DNA of 32,000 nucleotides from Candidatus Saccharimonadota bacterium (GCA_001790095.1 MGBH01000001.1:1170001-1202000), one strand, 5' to 3'. Positions 16,134-25,892 are shown, numbered from the stretch's first letter. The notes: a model not told the origin generated them from the letters alone. Program-made: numbers and translations.

Positions 16134-16748
16134 TTATGTGTTGGAAACTATATTTTCAAAACTTTTTTCAACTATGGCCCAGTTTACATTTTCAAAGAAA
16201 GCGTCAATATAACCCCCTCTATTTACTCCATAGTCTGAAAAATATGCGTGTTCGTATGTGTCAAGAGCAAGTATGGGTGTAACCCCCCAAGCAAGATAGG
16301 TGTTTTGGGAATCTCCAATATAGTTGAAAAGCCTTTTTTCTCTTGTATTCCATGCTGTCCACACCCATCCACGAGCAGCGATACCTGATGCTCTTAAGTC
16401 TTTTTTATACATCTCAAAAGAACCAAAATCTTTTTCAATTTGTGTACGTAAAGCTTTTCTTGCCAGGTTTCCATCTCCACCAAGGTGGGTAAAATATATC
16501 TCATGATTTATAACTCCTCCCCACGCGAAAGATAGCTCAACTTTTAACTCACGAAGCGTAGAAAAAACCTGATTTGCCTTACCATACTCGTCGTCCCCCA
16601 ATGACGTTAGTTTTTCATTTATTTCATTGTATTTATTTACATAGCCTTGGTAAAGCTTCAGGTGTTCTTCTACTGTTTTTTTGGATATACCATTCATGGA
16701 AAAGATAGCATCATCAAACTGTTTTTGAGCTATAGGTGAATATATCAT
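16134..16748 (-). CDS. Fe/Mn-type superoxide dismutase
   Basis: Metal ligand contexts EEHLKLYQGYV, INHEIYFTHL and LDTYEHAYFSDY (the D-x-x-E-H-A-Y motif). Length is 204 aa. Confidence 0.85.
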   Translation of the reverse strand: MIYSPIAQKQFDDAIFSMNGISKKTVEEHLKLYQGYVNKYNEINEKLTSLGDDEYGKANQVFSTLRELKVELSFAWGGVINHEIYFTHLGGDGNLARKALRTQIEKDFGSFEMYKKDLRASGIAARGWVWTAWNTREKRLFNYIGDSQNTYLAWGVTPILALDTYEHAYFSDYGVNRGGYIDAFFENVNWAIVEKSFENIVSNT

Positions 16749-16809
16749 ATTATTACTAAATTTGTAATAGTTTAATTAAACTCCATCTTCTTGTGAAAGT
16801 CAAGAGGGA

Positions 16810-17499
16810 TTAGAGAAGAAGATCTGGTCTTTTTTTCTTTGTTTGTTTGATGGCTTGTTGATGTCTCCATGTTTCGATCTTTTTGTGATCACCTGACAGA
16901 AGAAGAGAGGGGACTTTTTTTCCATCAAATTTTTCAGGACGCGTATACTGGGGATATTCCAAAAGAGTATATTTACCAATCTTTGAAAAACTCTCTTTTT
17001 GTACTGCCTCCTCTTTTTTTAAGACACCAGGAATAAGACGAGTGATCGAATCAGCGAGTATACAGGCTGGAAGTTCGCCACCGGTTAGAACATAATCTCC
17101 GATAGATATTTCCTCATCGACATAATTAAGTATTCTTTCATCAACTCCCTCGTAATGTCCGGCAATGATGATGATATGATCAAATAGGCTATATTCCTGT
17201 GCCATTTTTTGATGGTATGTTTTTCCTCGAGCACTGGTAAGAATGGTTTTAAGTTTTAAGTCTTTAGATGTAGATTTGAGGTGTTCTAATGCTTTAAAAA
17301 CAACATCAACACGCAAGACCATACCGGCTCCTCCGCCGTATGGTCGGTCATCTACGGTGCCGTAGTCATCTATGGCAAAGTTACGTAGATTAACAACTTC
17401 AATCTCAACTAGTTTTTTTTGCTGTGCACGACGTAAAATGCTTTCATGCAAAAAGCCGCTAATCATGGAAGGGAATAGAGTGATAATAGATATCTTCAT
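16810..17499 (-). CDS. trmD: tRNA (guanine37-N1)-methyltransferase
   Basis: MKISIITLFPSMISGFL...DDRPYGGGAGMVL...GHYEGVDERI...SIGDYVLTGGELPA are typical TrmD motifs. Confidence 0.92.
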   Translation of the reverse strand: MKISIITLFPSMISGFLHESILRRAQQKKLVEIEVVNLRNFAIDDYGTVDDRPYGGGAGMVLRVDVVFKALEHLKSTSKDLKLKTILTSARGKTYHQKMAQEYSLFDHIIIIAGHYEGVDERILNYVDEEISIGDYVLTGGELPACILADSITRLIPGVLKKEEAVQKESFSKIGKYTLLEYPQYTRPEKFDGKKVPSLLLSGDHKKIETWRHQQAIKQTKKKRPDLLL

Positions 17500-17543
17500 A
17501 CTATGATAATATACAATATTGATATGTCTTATTATAACAAGCT

Positions 17544-17783
17544 ATGATAAAAAGATTAATTCTCACTCTTATTCGTCTATATCAGAAAACTTCTTTTTTT
17601 CATGGATATATAGCTAGGGTTTTGTTTATGACAGATAAAGTCTGTCGTTTTACTCCTACGTGCTCGGAGTATTCGTATAAAGCGATTGATACATACGGGT
17701 TAGGAAAGGGTATGTGGTTAAGTATAAGGCGTATAGTCCGATGCCACCCTTGGTCAAAGGGTGGACATGATCCTCTTCAATAG
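17544..17783 (+). CDS. yidD: Membrane protein insertion efficiency factor YidD
   Basis: CRFTPTCSEYSYKAIDTYGLGKGMWLSIRRIVRCHPWSKGGHDP is the conserved YidD core. Length is 79 aa. Confidence 0.88.
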   Translation: MIKRLILTLIRLYQKTSFFHGYIARVLFMTDKVCRFTPTCSEYSYKAIDTYGLGKGMWLSIRRIVRCHPWSKGGHDPLQ

Positions 17784-17844
17784 TATTGACTTTTTTTGGA
17801 ATTGGATTTATAATTAGCAGAATTACTACTTAAGTGCCAATATT

Positions 17845-19986
17845 ATGAATATGCAATATCAGTCACCTGAGGATGAAGGAAATGTACTGGAAAAGTACAC
17901 CATCAATCTTACTTCAAAAGCAAGGGAGGGGAAGATAGATCCAGTAATTGGAAGAAATGAAGAGATCCGTCGTGTCATACAAATACTGTCGCGCCGAACA
18001 AAAAATAATCCAGTACTTTTAGGTGATCCAGGGGTGGGTAAAACTGCAATTGCTGAGGGGCTTGCACAACGCATTGTTGATGGTGATGTGCCAGATACAT
18101 TGAAACATAAAGAGCTTTTGGTCTTGGATATTGCTGGTATATTGGCAGGAGCTGCATATCGGGGAGAGTTTGAGAACAGATTTAAGAAAATCCTTGAAAC
18201 GATAGAAAAAGGTGATGGAAAACACATCCTTTTCATTGACGAACTTCATACCATCGTTGGGGCAGGTGGAGCTGAGGGAGCAATAGATGCAGGCAATATG
18301 TTAAAACCTGCTTTAGCGCGTGGGCTTCTTCATGCAATAGGTGCAACGACGGTCAGAGAATACCGTCAGTATATTGAAAAAGATGCCGCTCTTGAACGAC
18401 GCTTTCAACCGGTTTATATCAATGAACCAAGCATTGAAGATACTGTTGCGATACTACGAGGGATTAAGGAAAAATATGAAGTGCATCACGGTATTAAAAT
18501 ATCAGATAACGCAGTGATTGCAGCGGTTAATCTTTCGGTCAGATATATTACTGATAGATATCTTCCAGACAAGGCAATTGATCTTATTGATGAGGCGGCG
18601 GCATCGGCGAAGATAGAAATAGATTCATTACCCGAGGAGCTTGATGAAATGAAGCGCAGAATCATTCAACTTGATATTGAGCTCGCAGCTTTAAAAAAAG
18701 AAAAAGGACTTGATGTTCGAAAAAAAGTCCTTGAACAAGAGAAAAATAGACTCAAAAGCACATTTGACAAACTTTACAAACAATGGAGTGAAGAAAAGCA
18801 AATCATAAGCGATCTACAGAAACATAGGTTAAAACTTGATGTTTTGAAGGGACAGTTTGAAAAAGCTGAACGCGAGATATTACTTGAAAAAGCAGCAGAA
18901 CTTAAATATGGGAGCATTCCCCAGGAGGAACAAAAAGTAAAGGACTTGGAAAAACAATGGAGAGCTATCTCATCTGATAAGCGCTTATTAAAAGAAGAGG
19001 TAAGGGAAGAAGATATTGCGACCATTGTTGCTCGCTGGTCCCATATACCAGTTACGCGTCTTTTAGAGACGGAATCTAGCAAGCTACAACATCTTGAAAA
19101 AGAATTGATGGCAAAAGTAGTCGGGCAAGATCATGCATTGTCTCAAGTCGCAAGAGCTGTCAGGCGATCTCGTGCTGGACTTTCTGATGAAGACAGGCCT
19201 ATTGGTTCTTTTTTATTTTTGGGACCAACGGGTGTTGGAAAGACTGAAACAGCAAAAGCTCTTGCATACAGCTTGTTCAATGATGAAAAAGCTCTTATTC
19301 GTATTGATATGAGTGAGTATCAAGAATCCCATACGATAGCACGATTCATTGGTGCTCCTCCAGGCTATGTCGGATATGAAGAAGGTGGGCAGCTTACTGA
19401 AGCAGTGCGTAGAAAGCCATACTCTGTAATTCTATTTGATGAAGTGGAGAAAGCTCATCCTCAAGTTTTTAATGCCTTTTTGCAAATACTGGATGAAGGA
19501 AGACTGACTGACGGACGGGGGAGGACTGTTAACTTTAAAAATACGATTCTGATCATGACCTCAAATATTGGTAGTGAGCTATTTCAATCTGGGAAAGAGA
19601 CAGAGACAAGGAATAATAAGATTCTTGAAAGAGTGGGAGCGTTTTTCCGGCCGGAACTTATCAACAGACTTGATTCAATCATCATATTTCACAGTTTAAA
19701 CAAAGAGATGATGAAACAAATTATTCGTATTCAAGAGAGTCATCTGAAAGAGCGCTTTCACAAACAGGGTCTCGCTCTGACTCTAAGTGAAAATATGGAA
19801 AATTATCTCTTATCAGTCGGTTTTGATCCAATATATGGGGCAAGACCTTTAAAGCGGGTGATAAATGAGAGCATTGTTGATGAGATTGCTCTTCGAATAG
19901 TTGAGGGAAAGATTAAGTTAGGAGACAAGATAATAATAGATCATAAACAGAACAAAGTACAGATCTCTATAAAAAAACCAAACTAA
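17845..19986 (+). CDS. clpB: ClpB disaggregase, natively lacking the N-terminal domain
   Basis: It aligns with E. coli ClpB from the N-domain/NBD1 linker onward ([55 protein letters not shown]). A full coiled-coil M-domain is present. The second Walker A is GPTGVGKTE, and the sensor motif GARPLKR is present. Length is 713 aa. Confidence 0.92.
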   Translation: MNMQYQSPEDEGNVLEKYTINLTSKAREGKIDPVIGRNEEIRRVIQILSRRTKNNPVLLGDPGVGKTAIAEGLAQRIVDGDVPDTLKHKELLVLDIAGILAGAAYRGEFENRFKKILETIEKGDGKHILFIDELHTIVGAGGAEGAIDAGNMLKPALARGLLHAIGATTVREYRQYIEKDAALERRFQPVYINEPSIEDTVAILRGIKEKYEVHHGIKISDNAVIAAVNLSVRYITDRYLPDKAIDLIDEAAASAKIEIDSLPEELDEMKRRIIQLDIELAALKKEKGLDVRKKVLEQEKNRLKSTFDKLYKQWSEEKQIISDLQKHRLKLDVLKGQFEKAEREILLEKAAELKYGSIPQEEQKVKDLEKQWRAISSDKRLLKEEVREEDIATIVARWSHIPVTRLLETESSKLQHLEKELMAKVVGQDHALSQVARAVRRSRAGLSDEDRPIGSFLFLGPTGVGKTETAKALAYSLFNDEKALIRIDMSEYQESHTIARFIGAPPGYVGYEEGGQLTEAVRRKPYSVILFDEVEKAHPQVFNAFLQILDEGRLTDGRGRTVNFKNTILIMTSNIGSELFQSGKETETRNNKILERVGAFFRPELINRLDSIIIFHSLNKEMMKQIIRIQESHLKERFHKQGLALTLSENMENYLLSVGFDPIYGARPLKRVINESIVDEIALRIVEGKIKLGDKIIIDHKQNKVQISIKKPN

Positions 19987-20369
19987 TTAAGCACAGTCTT
20001 TGGCGCAGTCTTTTTACGCCATAATAGTACTGAGACGATGAGACCAAGTATAAACCCGCTTATACCACTAAGAAGTATATATATGGGTACAATTTTTTGT
20101 TTTTCTTGAGCTTTTTTGATGGCGTCTTGAAAGATGGTGTTAGTCTGTTGACAATTCTTAAGAGATACATCTTTTTCTTCACTTTTTTTCTTACATGCAT
20201 CGAGTTCTTTTGTATCTTTTATGGGAATAGTTTTTTGTGGTAGTGTGAAATCATAATTAAGCTGTCCCGGGACTGCATAAACATACTTAAAAGTACATAA
20301 AAAAGTTAAACTGCATAAGAAAACAACAGCACCCCATTTACTACTACACAAAGTCTTTTGGATCAGCAT
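19983..20369 (-). CDS. Hypothetical membrane-anchored protein
   Basis: 128 aa with an N-terminal hydrophobic signal-like segment ([16 protein letters not shown]) and a C-terminal TM ([24 protein letters not shown]). I recognise no family. It overlaps the clpB stop by 4 nt. Confidence 0.45.
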   Translation of the reverse strand: MLIQKTLCSSKWGAVVFLCSLTFLCTFKYVYAVPGQLNYDFTLPQKTIPIKDTKELDACKKKSEEKDVSLKNCQQTNTIFQDAIKKAQEKQKIVPIYILLSGISGFILGLIVSVLLWRKKTAPKTVLN

Positions 20370-20393
20370 ATATTATTATTATAAATAACAATT

Positions 20394-22106
20394 ATGGAAA
20401 AGGCTATGAAGTATGTGGCTATTTTTTTTCTCTTTCTTTTTATATTCAGTATTACCTTTACTAAAGGTAATGATTTTTCTCAAGATTTAGGTAGACATTT
20501 GAAGCTTGGAGAAATGATTGTAGCTCAAAAGGAGATCCCCAAAGTCAACCTCTTTTCATATACCCATTCATCATTTCCTTTTATCAATCATCATTGGCTG
20601 TCTGAGGTAATTTTCTATATGCTTGCCTCATCCTATGGCTTATCATCTCTTGTAATACTTAGAGTTTTTCTTTTCTTGGTAACGATCGGGATCTGCGTGG
20701 ATGGTGCATTTGAAAGAAAAAACCATATCATCGTGCTTAGCATAACGCTTTTGTTTACACCTCTTTTTCTTGATCGGCTTGATATGCGGCCAGAATTATT
20801 TGGGTATGTCTTTTTTTCCTTTTTTCTTTATATGTTATTTTTAAAGCCAAGAAAAAAACTGATCACATATACAGCTCCCATTATTATGCTGTTGTGGGTC
20901 AACTTGCATGTATCGTTTGTATTTGGTTTATTTTTGCTTCTGGTGTATTATATCCAGCAGGTTTTCCAATCAAAAAACATTTCTATTCTTCCTCTTGTTC
21001 TTTCATCTGTAGTTCTTTGTATAAATCCAAACGGTATTTCTGGAGCGCTTTATCCATTTACTATTTTCAACAACTATGGCTATAGCATAGTAGAAAATCA
21101 AAACATCTTTTTTTTAAACTCGATGATATTTAATCCACTCATACATTACTTTTTCATTCTTACACCAATAGTGCTGTTTACTTTTATAGTTTTGTTAATA
21201 AACAGAAAGTTTATATGGTCATTCATACTTTTTGTTTTTTTCGTTTTATCTTTTTGGCAAATACGTCATCTGCCTTTTTTTGTGCTTGTCGTTATTCCAA
21301 CGACTTCATATGCTTTCACGCAGACAGGTTATCTTGTTTTTAAATCATTAAAAAACAAAAAGTATCATTTTACATATGGAATTTACTTTATTTTTTTTGT
21401 TATATGTATTTTTTTCACCTTTTTCTTTATAAACAACCGGTATTATCAGATATTTGATAAACAGCGATCTTTTGGATACGGGTTTATAGATAATTATAAA
21501 GAAGCTACAGATTTTATGTTAAGTTCAAAACTTCCTCCTCATATGTTTAACAACTTTGATATTGGGGGATATCTGATCTATAAGCTATATCCGACATATC
21601 ATGTTTTTGTAGATAACAGGCCAGAGGCATATCCGGCATCATTTTTCCAAAACACGTATATCAAGCTCCAACAAGATCAAGAGGTGAGAAAAAAAGTATT
21701 TAAGCAAAACAACATTCATACCATTTTCTTTGCCCATACAGACATGACGCCGTGGGGGAGAGAGTTTTTGTCACAGATAGTGCAAGATCAGTCGTGGAAA
21801 ATAGTATTTCTTAATGAGTCAATCGTCATCATGACTGACGATAACCAATTTAAAGATATAAGACAGGATAAAGATAAAATAATGTCTCTTATTACTCATG
21901 AGGAAGACTACTTGGACCTTCTTCATCTGGCTTGGATTTTTTCAACATTAGGATATAAAGATTTAAATCAACAAGCAATGATAAAGGTACAAAAAATTAA
22001 TCCTTCATCGTGTATTGTTCAAAGGATACGATATGATACCTTCAAAGATTCCCCCCTTTTTTTTGCGGTTGACGATGTTAGAAAAAGCGCATGGTGGTGC
22101 TTTTGA
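20394..22106 (+). CDS. Large polytopic membrane protein with C-terminal soluble domain (GT-C-like glycosyltransferase is a guess)
   Basis: 570 aa with more than 10 hydrophobic helices over the first ~350 aa. The first external loop is rich in acidic residues (NDFSQDLGRHLKLGE). The soluble tail is about 200 aa. The function is not established. Confidence 0.55.
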   Translation: MEKAMKYVAIFFLFLFIFSITFTKGNDFSQDLGRHLKLGEMIVAQKEIPKVNLFSYTHSSFPFINHHWLSEVIFYMLASSYGLSSLVILRVFLFLVTIGICVDGAFERKNHIIVLSITLLFTPLFLDRLDMRPELFGYVFFSFFLYMLFLKPRKKLITYTAPIIMLLWVNLHVSFVFGLFLLLVYYIQQVFQSKNISILPLVLSSVVLCINPNGISGALYPFTIFNNYGYSIVENQNIFFLNSMIFNPLIHYFFILTPIVLFTFIVLLINRKFIWSFILFVFFVLSFWQIRHLPFFVLVVIPTTSYAFTQTGYLVFKSLKNKKYHFTYGIYFIFFVICIFFTFFFINNRYYQIFDKQRSFGYGFIDNYKEATDFMLSSKLPPHMFNNFDIGGYLIYKLYPTYHVFVDNRPEAYPASFFQNTYIKLQQDQEVRKKVFKQNNIHTIFFAHTDMTPWGREFLSQIVQDQSWKIVFLNESIVIMTDDNQFKDIRQDKDKIMSLITHEEDYLDLLHLAWIFSTLGYKDLNQQAMIKVQKINPSSCIVQRIRYDTFKDSPLFFAVDDVRKSAWWCF

Positions 22107-22196
22107 TAATTTTTTTCAGTCAAAACAAGCTGGAATAGGTATTTTGTAGCATACTGTCCCTTGCGAATTCTCCCCCCGGCTTTTAGCATGGATTGA

Positions 22197-23294
22197 ATGA
22201 ATGAGCACACACTTTGCCATATCGGATTTTCTCACTTTTATGGAATTGGTCCGGTAAAATTCGCCGCATTAAAGAATAGATTTGAGTCAGTAAAACATGC
22301 ATATTATGCCACTACTCATGAATTAGAAACGGTACTTGGATCATTATGGGCGAAGCGATTTGTTGATTTTCGAAATCACATTGATCTAAACAAAAAGTGG
22401 GAAGAGTTCAACAAGAAAAAAATAACTGTTTTGACGATTGATGATGAATTTTACCCAACTTCTCTCAAAAATATTTCCGACGCACCTATTTGTATATATG
22501 TAAAAGGGAATATCAAAACAGTTGATCTAAGAGAGGGGAAATTATTTGGCATTGTGGGTACTCGTAGACCAACTTCATATGGTTGTCAGATTGCTCATAC
22601 TTTTTCCTCAGAACTTGCAGATGCAGGCTTTGTTATTGTCTCTGGCCTTGCAATTGGAGTTGATACTATAGCTCATAAAGCCGCACTTCATGCGGGAAGC
22701 AAGACCATCGCGGTGCTTGGATGTGGGGTAGATATCATTTACCCTCAATCGAATAGTTTCTTATATGAGAAAATTGTAGACAACGGAGGTCTTGTTATGT
22801 CTGAGTTTCCACCTGGTCTTATGGTGAAAAGAGGTTTGTTTATAGCAAGAAATCGTATTATCTCAGGTCTTTCCATGGGTGTTCTTGTTGTTGAGGGTAC
22901 AAAAGACTCTGGAGCGCTTATTACCGCACGTTTTGCAGCACAACAAGGTAGGGAAGTGTTTGCACCACCGGTCCCTCTTACATCTATCATGTCAGAGGCG
23001 CCAAACATATTGCTTAAACAGGGGGCAATATTTGTTACCCAAACGGAGGATATTCTAGATGAATTTGGAATAAAAAAATGGAAAAAAAATGAAGCGATAA
23101 TATCAACGCTTTCTCCTTCAGAAAAAATAGTTGTTGAGATACTTTCCCTTGAACCGAAGTCTGTTGACGAATTATTACTTGAGATAAAAACTCCTATATC
23201 TCATCTTTCCTATACTTTATCGATTCTTGAGATGGAGGGTATCATAAAAAAAGATGCGCAAAGCAAGTATCAACTGGCATCAATGGGTAAGTGA
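22197..23294 (+). CDS. dprA: DNA processing protein DprA (Smf)
   Basis: Rossmann-like DprA core: GIVGTRRPTSYGCQIA...VIVSGLAIGVDTIAHKAAL...TIAVLGCGVDIIYP...RNRIISGLS...GVLVVEG...SGALITARFAAQQGREVFA. A C-terminal wHTH-like tail is present. Confidence 0.9.
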   Translation: MNEHTLCHIGFSHFYGIGPVKFAALKNRFESVKHAYYATTHELETVLGSLWAKRFVDFRNHIDLNKKWEEFNKKKITVLTIDDEFYPTSLKNISDAPICIYVKGNIKTVDLREGKLFGIVGTRRPTSYGCQIAHTFSSELADAGFVIVSGLAIGVDTIAHKAALHAGSKTIAVLGCGVDIIYPQSNSFLYEKIVDNGGLVMSEFPPGLMVKRGLFIARNRIISGLSMGVLVVEGTKDSGALITARFAAQQGREVFAPPVPLTSIMSEAPNILLKQGAIFVTQTEDILDEFGIKKWKKNEAIISTLSPSEKIVVEILSLEPKSVDELLLEIKTPISHLSYTLSILEMEGIIKKDAQSKYQLASMGK

Positions 23295-23732
23295 CATAGT
23301 ATCTAATTCTTCAATCCTTCTTTTGTACTTTTCTTCTTGTTTGGTTTGTGTCTGAAGAAATGCATCGATCAATTCTTTTGTTTCTTCGAAATTAATATAA
23401 TCAGATGGTAATGCTAATACATTGACGTTATCATTTTCTCTTGTGTGGACAACCTGTTCTTTTTGGAATCCAACAGCACATCTAATACCCGGGAATCGAT
23501 TTGCTACGATAGATACTCCGACTCCAGACCCGCATATCACTATTCCTAAATACTCTGTTGTATTTTGCAATACTGCCTGAACTACTTTACGGGCAAAAAT
23601 AGGGTAGTCATCTACGGGATCATACTGGTAGTTACCTAAATCCTCAATACGGATATTTTTTTCCTGAAGATATTCGATGATCTTATTTTTTAGCTCAAAG
23701 CCTCGGTGATCAGAGGCTATGAAAATAGTCAT
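23280..23732 (-). CDS. rpiB: Ribose-5-phosphate isomerase B
   Basis: IFIASDHRGFELKNKIIEYL and GIVICGSGVGVSIVANRFPGIRCA match the RpiB/LacAB family. It overlaps the dprA 3' end by 15 nt (convergent). Confidence 0.88.
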   Translation of the reverse strand: MTIFIASDHRGFELKNKIIEYLQEKNIRIEDLGNYQYDPVDDYPIFARKVVQAVLQNTTEYLGIVICGSGVGVSIVANRFPGIRCAVGFQKEQVVHTRENDNVNVLALPSDYINFEETKELIDAFLQTQTKQEEKYKRRIEELDTMSLTH

Positions 23733-23775
23733 GTTGCAAATAGTATAGCAGATTAAACAAAATAGAGCTGTTTAC

Positions 23776-23815
23776 AAAAAAGCCCGTCCTCGATATGATC
23801 GGGACGGACTTTTTA
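23776..23815 (-). terminator. Rho-independent terminator downstream of the HU gene
   Basis: The minus-strand RNA reads GUCCGUCC-CGAUCAUAUCGA-GGACGGGC followed by UUUUUU. That is an 8-bp GC-rich stem with one G-U pair. An A-tract on the other side gives it a bidirectional look. This is the only clear intrinsic terminator I found in the window. Confidence 0.65.
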
Positions 23816-23823
23816 TACAAAAA

Positions 23824-24096
23824 TCATTTCACCAATCTTTTCAGGCTTTTTCCTGCTGTAAAACCTGGAGTTTTTGTTGCTGGGATTTGAATCTCTGCAC
23901 CAGTTTGAGGATTTCTCCCTTTTCTTGATGCTCTTTTGCGTACCATAAAGGTACCAAAGCCAGTAACAACTACCTTCTCTCCTCTTTTGAGAGCATCAGT
24001 GACTGAACCAAATACTGCATTGACTGCATCTTTGGCTGCTTTTGCGGTAAGTCCTGCTTTTTTTGTTACTTGAGCGACGAGGTCTGCTTTTGTCAT
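23824..24096 (-). CDS. hup: Nucleoid-associated DNA-binding protein HU
   Basis: MTKADLVAQV...GFGTFMVRKRASRKGRNPQTGAEIQIPATKTPGFTAGKSLK is the canonical HU beta-arm sequence. Length is 90 aa. Confidence 0.93.
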   Translation of the reverse strand: MTKADLVAQVTKKAGLTAKAAKDAVNAVFGSVTDALKRGEKVVVTGFGTFMVRKRASRKGRNPQTGAEIQIPATKTPGFTAGKSLKRLVK

Positions 24097-24172
24097 ATGT
24101 TTTTCACCTACCTTTCGTGTTGACTAAAATGTTTAACGTATCCCGAGAGTGTCGGGACAATCAAACACCAAT

Positions 24173-24254
24173 AGCTTAGTAAGTTTAAAGCCTCTTGTCA
24201 ATCTATATTAAGAATATCTTATTATAACAATCTATATCAAATTTAGATTGTTAT
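24173..24254 (-). promoter_or_regulatory. Candidate HU promoter region with an overlapping perfect palindrome
   Basis: Read on the minus strand, there is an extended -10 TGTTATAAT (complement of 24221-24229). A second candidate is TTGACA (24196-24201), a 17-nt spacer, then TAAGCT (24173-24178). A perfect 11-bp inverted repeat ATAACAATCTA/TAGATTGTTAT (24224-24234 and 24244-24254) overlaps the extended -10. Confidence 0.35.
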
Positions 24255-24322
24255 GAAAGGACAACCGTTTTTTTATAAGGTCATTTATCTACTTCTTATT
24301 CTTTAATTTTCTCCAGATGAAT

Positions 24323-25774
24323 TTAAATTTTCGTGCGTTCCTCAGTCCTGAACTCGCGGATGACTGTAATCTTTATTTGTCCGGGGAATACTTCAAATTT
24401 TTCTTCAAGCTCTTGTTTGATTTTAGTTGCAAGCACTGTTGTATCTTCATCAGCTACTTCATCCGGTTTAACGATGACTCGAAGTTCGCGTCCCGCTTGA
24501 AGAGCATATGCTTCCCGCACGCCTTTTTTAGACTTGGCGACATCTTCAATGGTTTTGATACGCTTTAGATATTCTTCAAGATCTTCATGACGGGCTCCAG
24601 GCCTTCCTCCTGATACTGCATCAGCGATGTACACGATGATTCCCTCTATAGAAGTGAAAGGAGTATCTTCATGGTGTGAAGCAATACAGTCAATGACCTT
24701 TTGTGGAAAACGATATTTTTTTGCCAACTCAACTCCTAGGTCAATATGTGAGCCTTCTTTTGTATCGATGACCTTCCCAATATCATGGAGGAGACATCCG
24801 AGTTTGACGACATTTACATCAGAGTTTAATTCATGTGCAAGCGCTACGCCAATTCGTGTTTCTTCAAGCGTATGGATAATCATATTTTGTCCATACGAAT
24901 ATCGATATTTAAATTTACCCAACAACTGTGTGATTTCTGCGGGAAGATTAAATACACCTACTTTATGTGCAAGCTCTTCACCCGCTTTAAAGATTACTTT
25001 TTCTATCTCTTCCCTTGTTTTTAATACGATTTCTTCTATTCGTGCTGGTTGGATGCGCCCATCTTTAATAAGCCGTTCAAGAGCAACCCGAGCGACTTCT
25101 CGTCGAACCGCATCAAATGAGGAGAGCTTAATAACTCCTTCTTCTTCAAGATCAACGTCCACTCCTGTTGCAATCTCAAATGCACGGATATTTCTTCCTT
25201 CCTTTCCAATGATACGTCCTTTATACTCGTCGCTTGGAATATGTACTACAGATAGAGTATATTCGGCAACATAATCAGTAGCGCCATAGCGCATGGCATC
25301 AATAAGGATTTGTTTTGCTTTTTCGTCAGCAACCTGTTTGATTTCCTCTTCAGACTGTTTGATACGTTTGGCAATGTCTGTTTTTAATTTTTCTTCCCAT
25401 CCTTGAAGTAAGAGATTTCTTGCCTGATCTTTGGTAAGTTGTGCGATTTTTTCAAGCTTTTGCAAAACAGTATCACGTTTTTCTTCAAGATCCTTTTTTA
25501 TGTCATTGAGACCCTGTTTATCTCTTTCGATCTGTTGTTTTTCTTTGGTGAAAAATTGTTCTTTTTCAGTATACTGTTCTTCTTTTGAAGCCAGTTTTTT
25601 TTCCAACTCAAGAGCTTCAGCGAGAGTTTTTTGCGCTTCTTGTTTTATGCGAAGTGCCTCTTCATTAGCTTTAAAGGTTATTTCTTTTGCCTGTTGTTCT
25701 ACTTTGGTGAGTTGAGCTGCCTCAGCTTCACGTTGCTTTGTTCCAAACAAAAGATTTTTAATAAAATCAAACAT
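24323..25774 (-). CDS. rny: Ribonuclease Y (KH + HD domains), without an N-terminal transmembrane anchor
   Basis: KH motif GRIIGKEGRNIRAFEIATGVDV. HD motif GCLLHDIGKVID...IASHHED. The N-terminal half is a long Glu/Lys coiled-coil. Length is 483 aa. Confidence 0.92.
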   Translation of the reverse strand: MFDFIKNLLFGTKQREAEAAQLTKVEQQAKEITFKANEEALRIKQEAQKTLAEALELEKKLASKEEQYTEKEQFFTKEKQQIERDKQGLNDIKKDLEEKRDTVLQKLEKIAQLTKDQARNLLLQGWEEKLKTDIAKRIKQSEEEIKQVADEKAKQILIDAMRYGATDYVAEYTLSVVHIPSDEYKGRIIGKEGRNIRAFEIATGVDVDLEEEGVIKLSSFDAVRREVARVALERLIKDGRIQPARIEEIVLKTREEIEKVIFKAGEELAHKVGVFNLPAEITQLLGKFKYRYSYGQNMIIHTLEETRIGVALAHELNSDVNVVKLGCLLHDIGKVIDTKEGSHIDLGVELAKKYRFPQKVIDCIASHHEDTPFTSIEGIIVYIADAVSGGRPGARHEDLEEYLKRIKTIEDVAKSKKGVREAYALQAGRELRVIVKPDEVADEDTTVLATKIKQELEEKFEVFPGQIKITVIREFRTEERTKI

Positions 25775-25892
25775 ATGAACATCTCTTGTAGATGTTCGAG
25801 GAGCGTTATGAATACGCGAGATTAGATCCTTTTATATTTATATATCTCATGGTGACAATTAATAATACTTATTTGTTACCTTGATCTCCTCG

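Noticed and set aside
24246-24258. The 13-mer gattgttatgaaa is shared between the HU upstream region (24246-24258) and the ligase upstream region (29121-29133). I considered a shared regulatory box.
   Set aside because: In a 32-kb AT-rich sequence searched on both strands, many exact 13-mer coincidences are expected by chance. At the ligase it simply overlaps a plausible -35 (TTGTTA). There is no further extended similarity.
24627-25274. A 215-aa ORF on the plus strand, antisense to rny. Similar long antisense ORFs occur at 28651-29073 (opposite comM), 7000-7410 (opposite ispG), 17859-18236 (opposite clpB) and 10567-10921 (opposite uppS).
   Set aside because: In each case the opposite strand encodes a protein with unmistakable conserved motifs. 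The antisense translations are Ser/Cys/Phe-rich low-information sequences with no recognisable domain. Such shadow ORFs are expected opposite Lys/Glu-rich genes.
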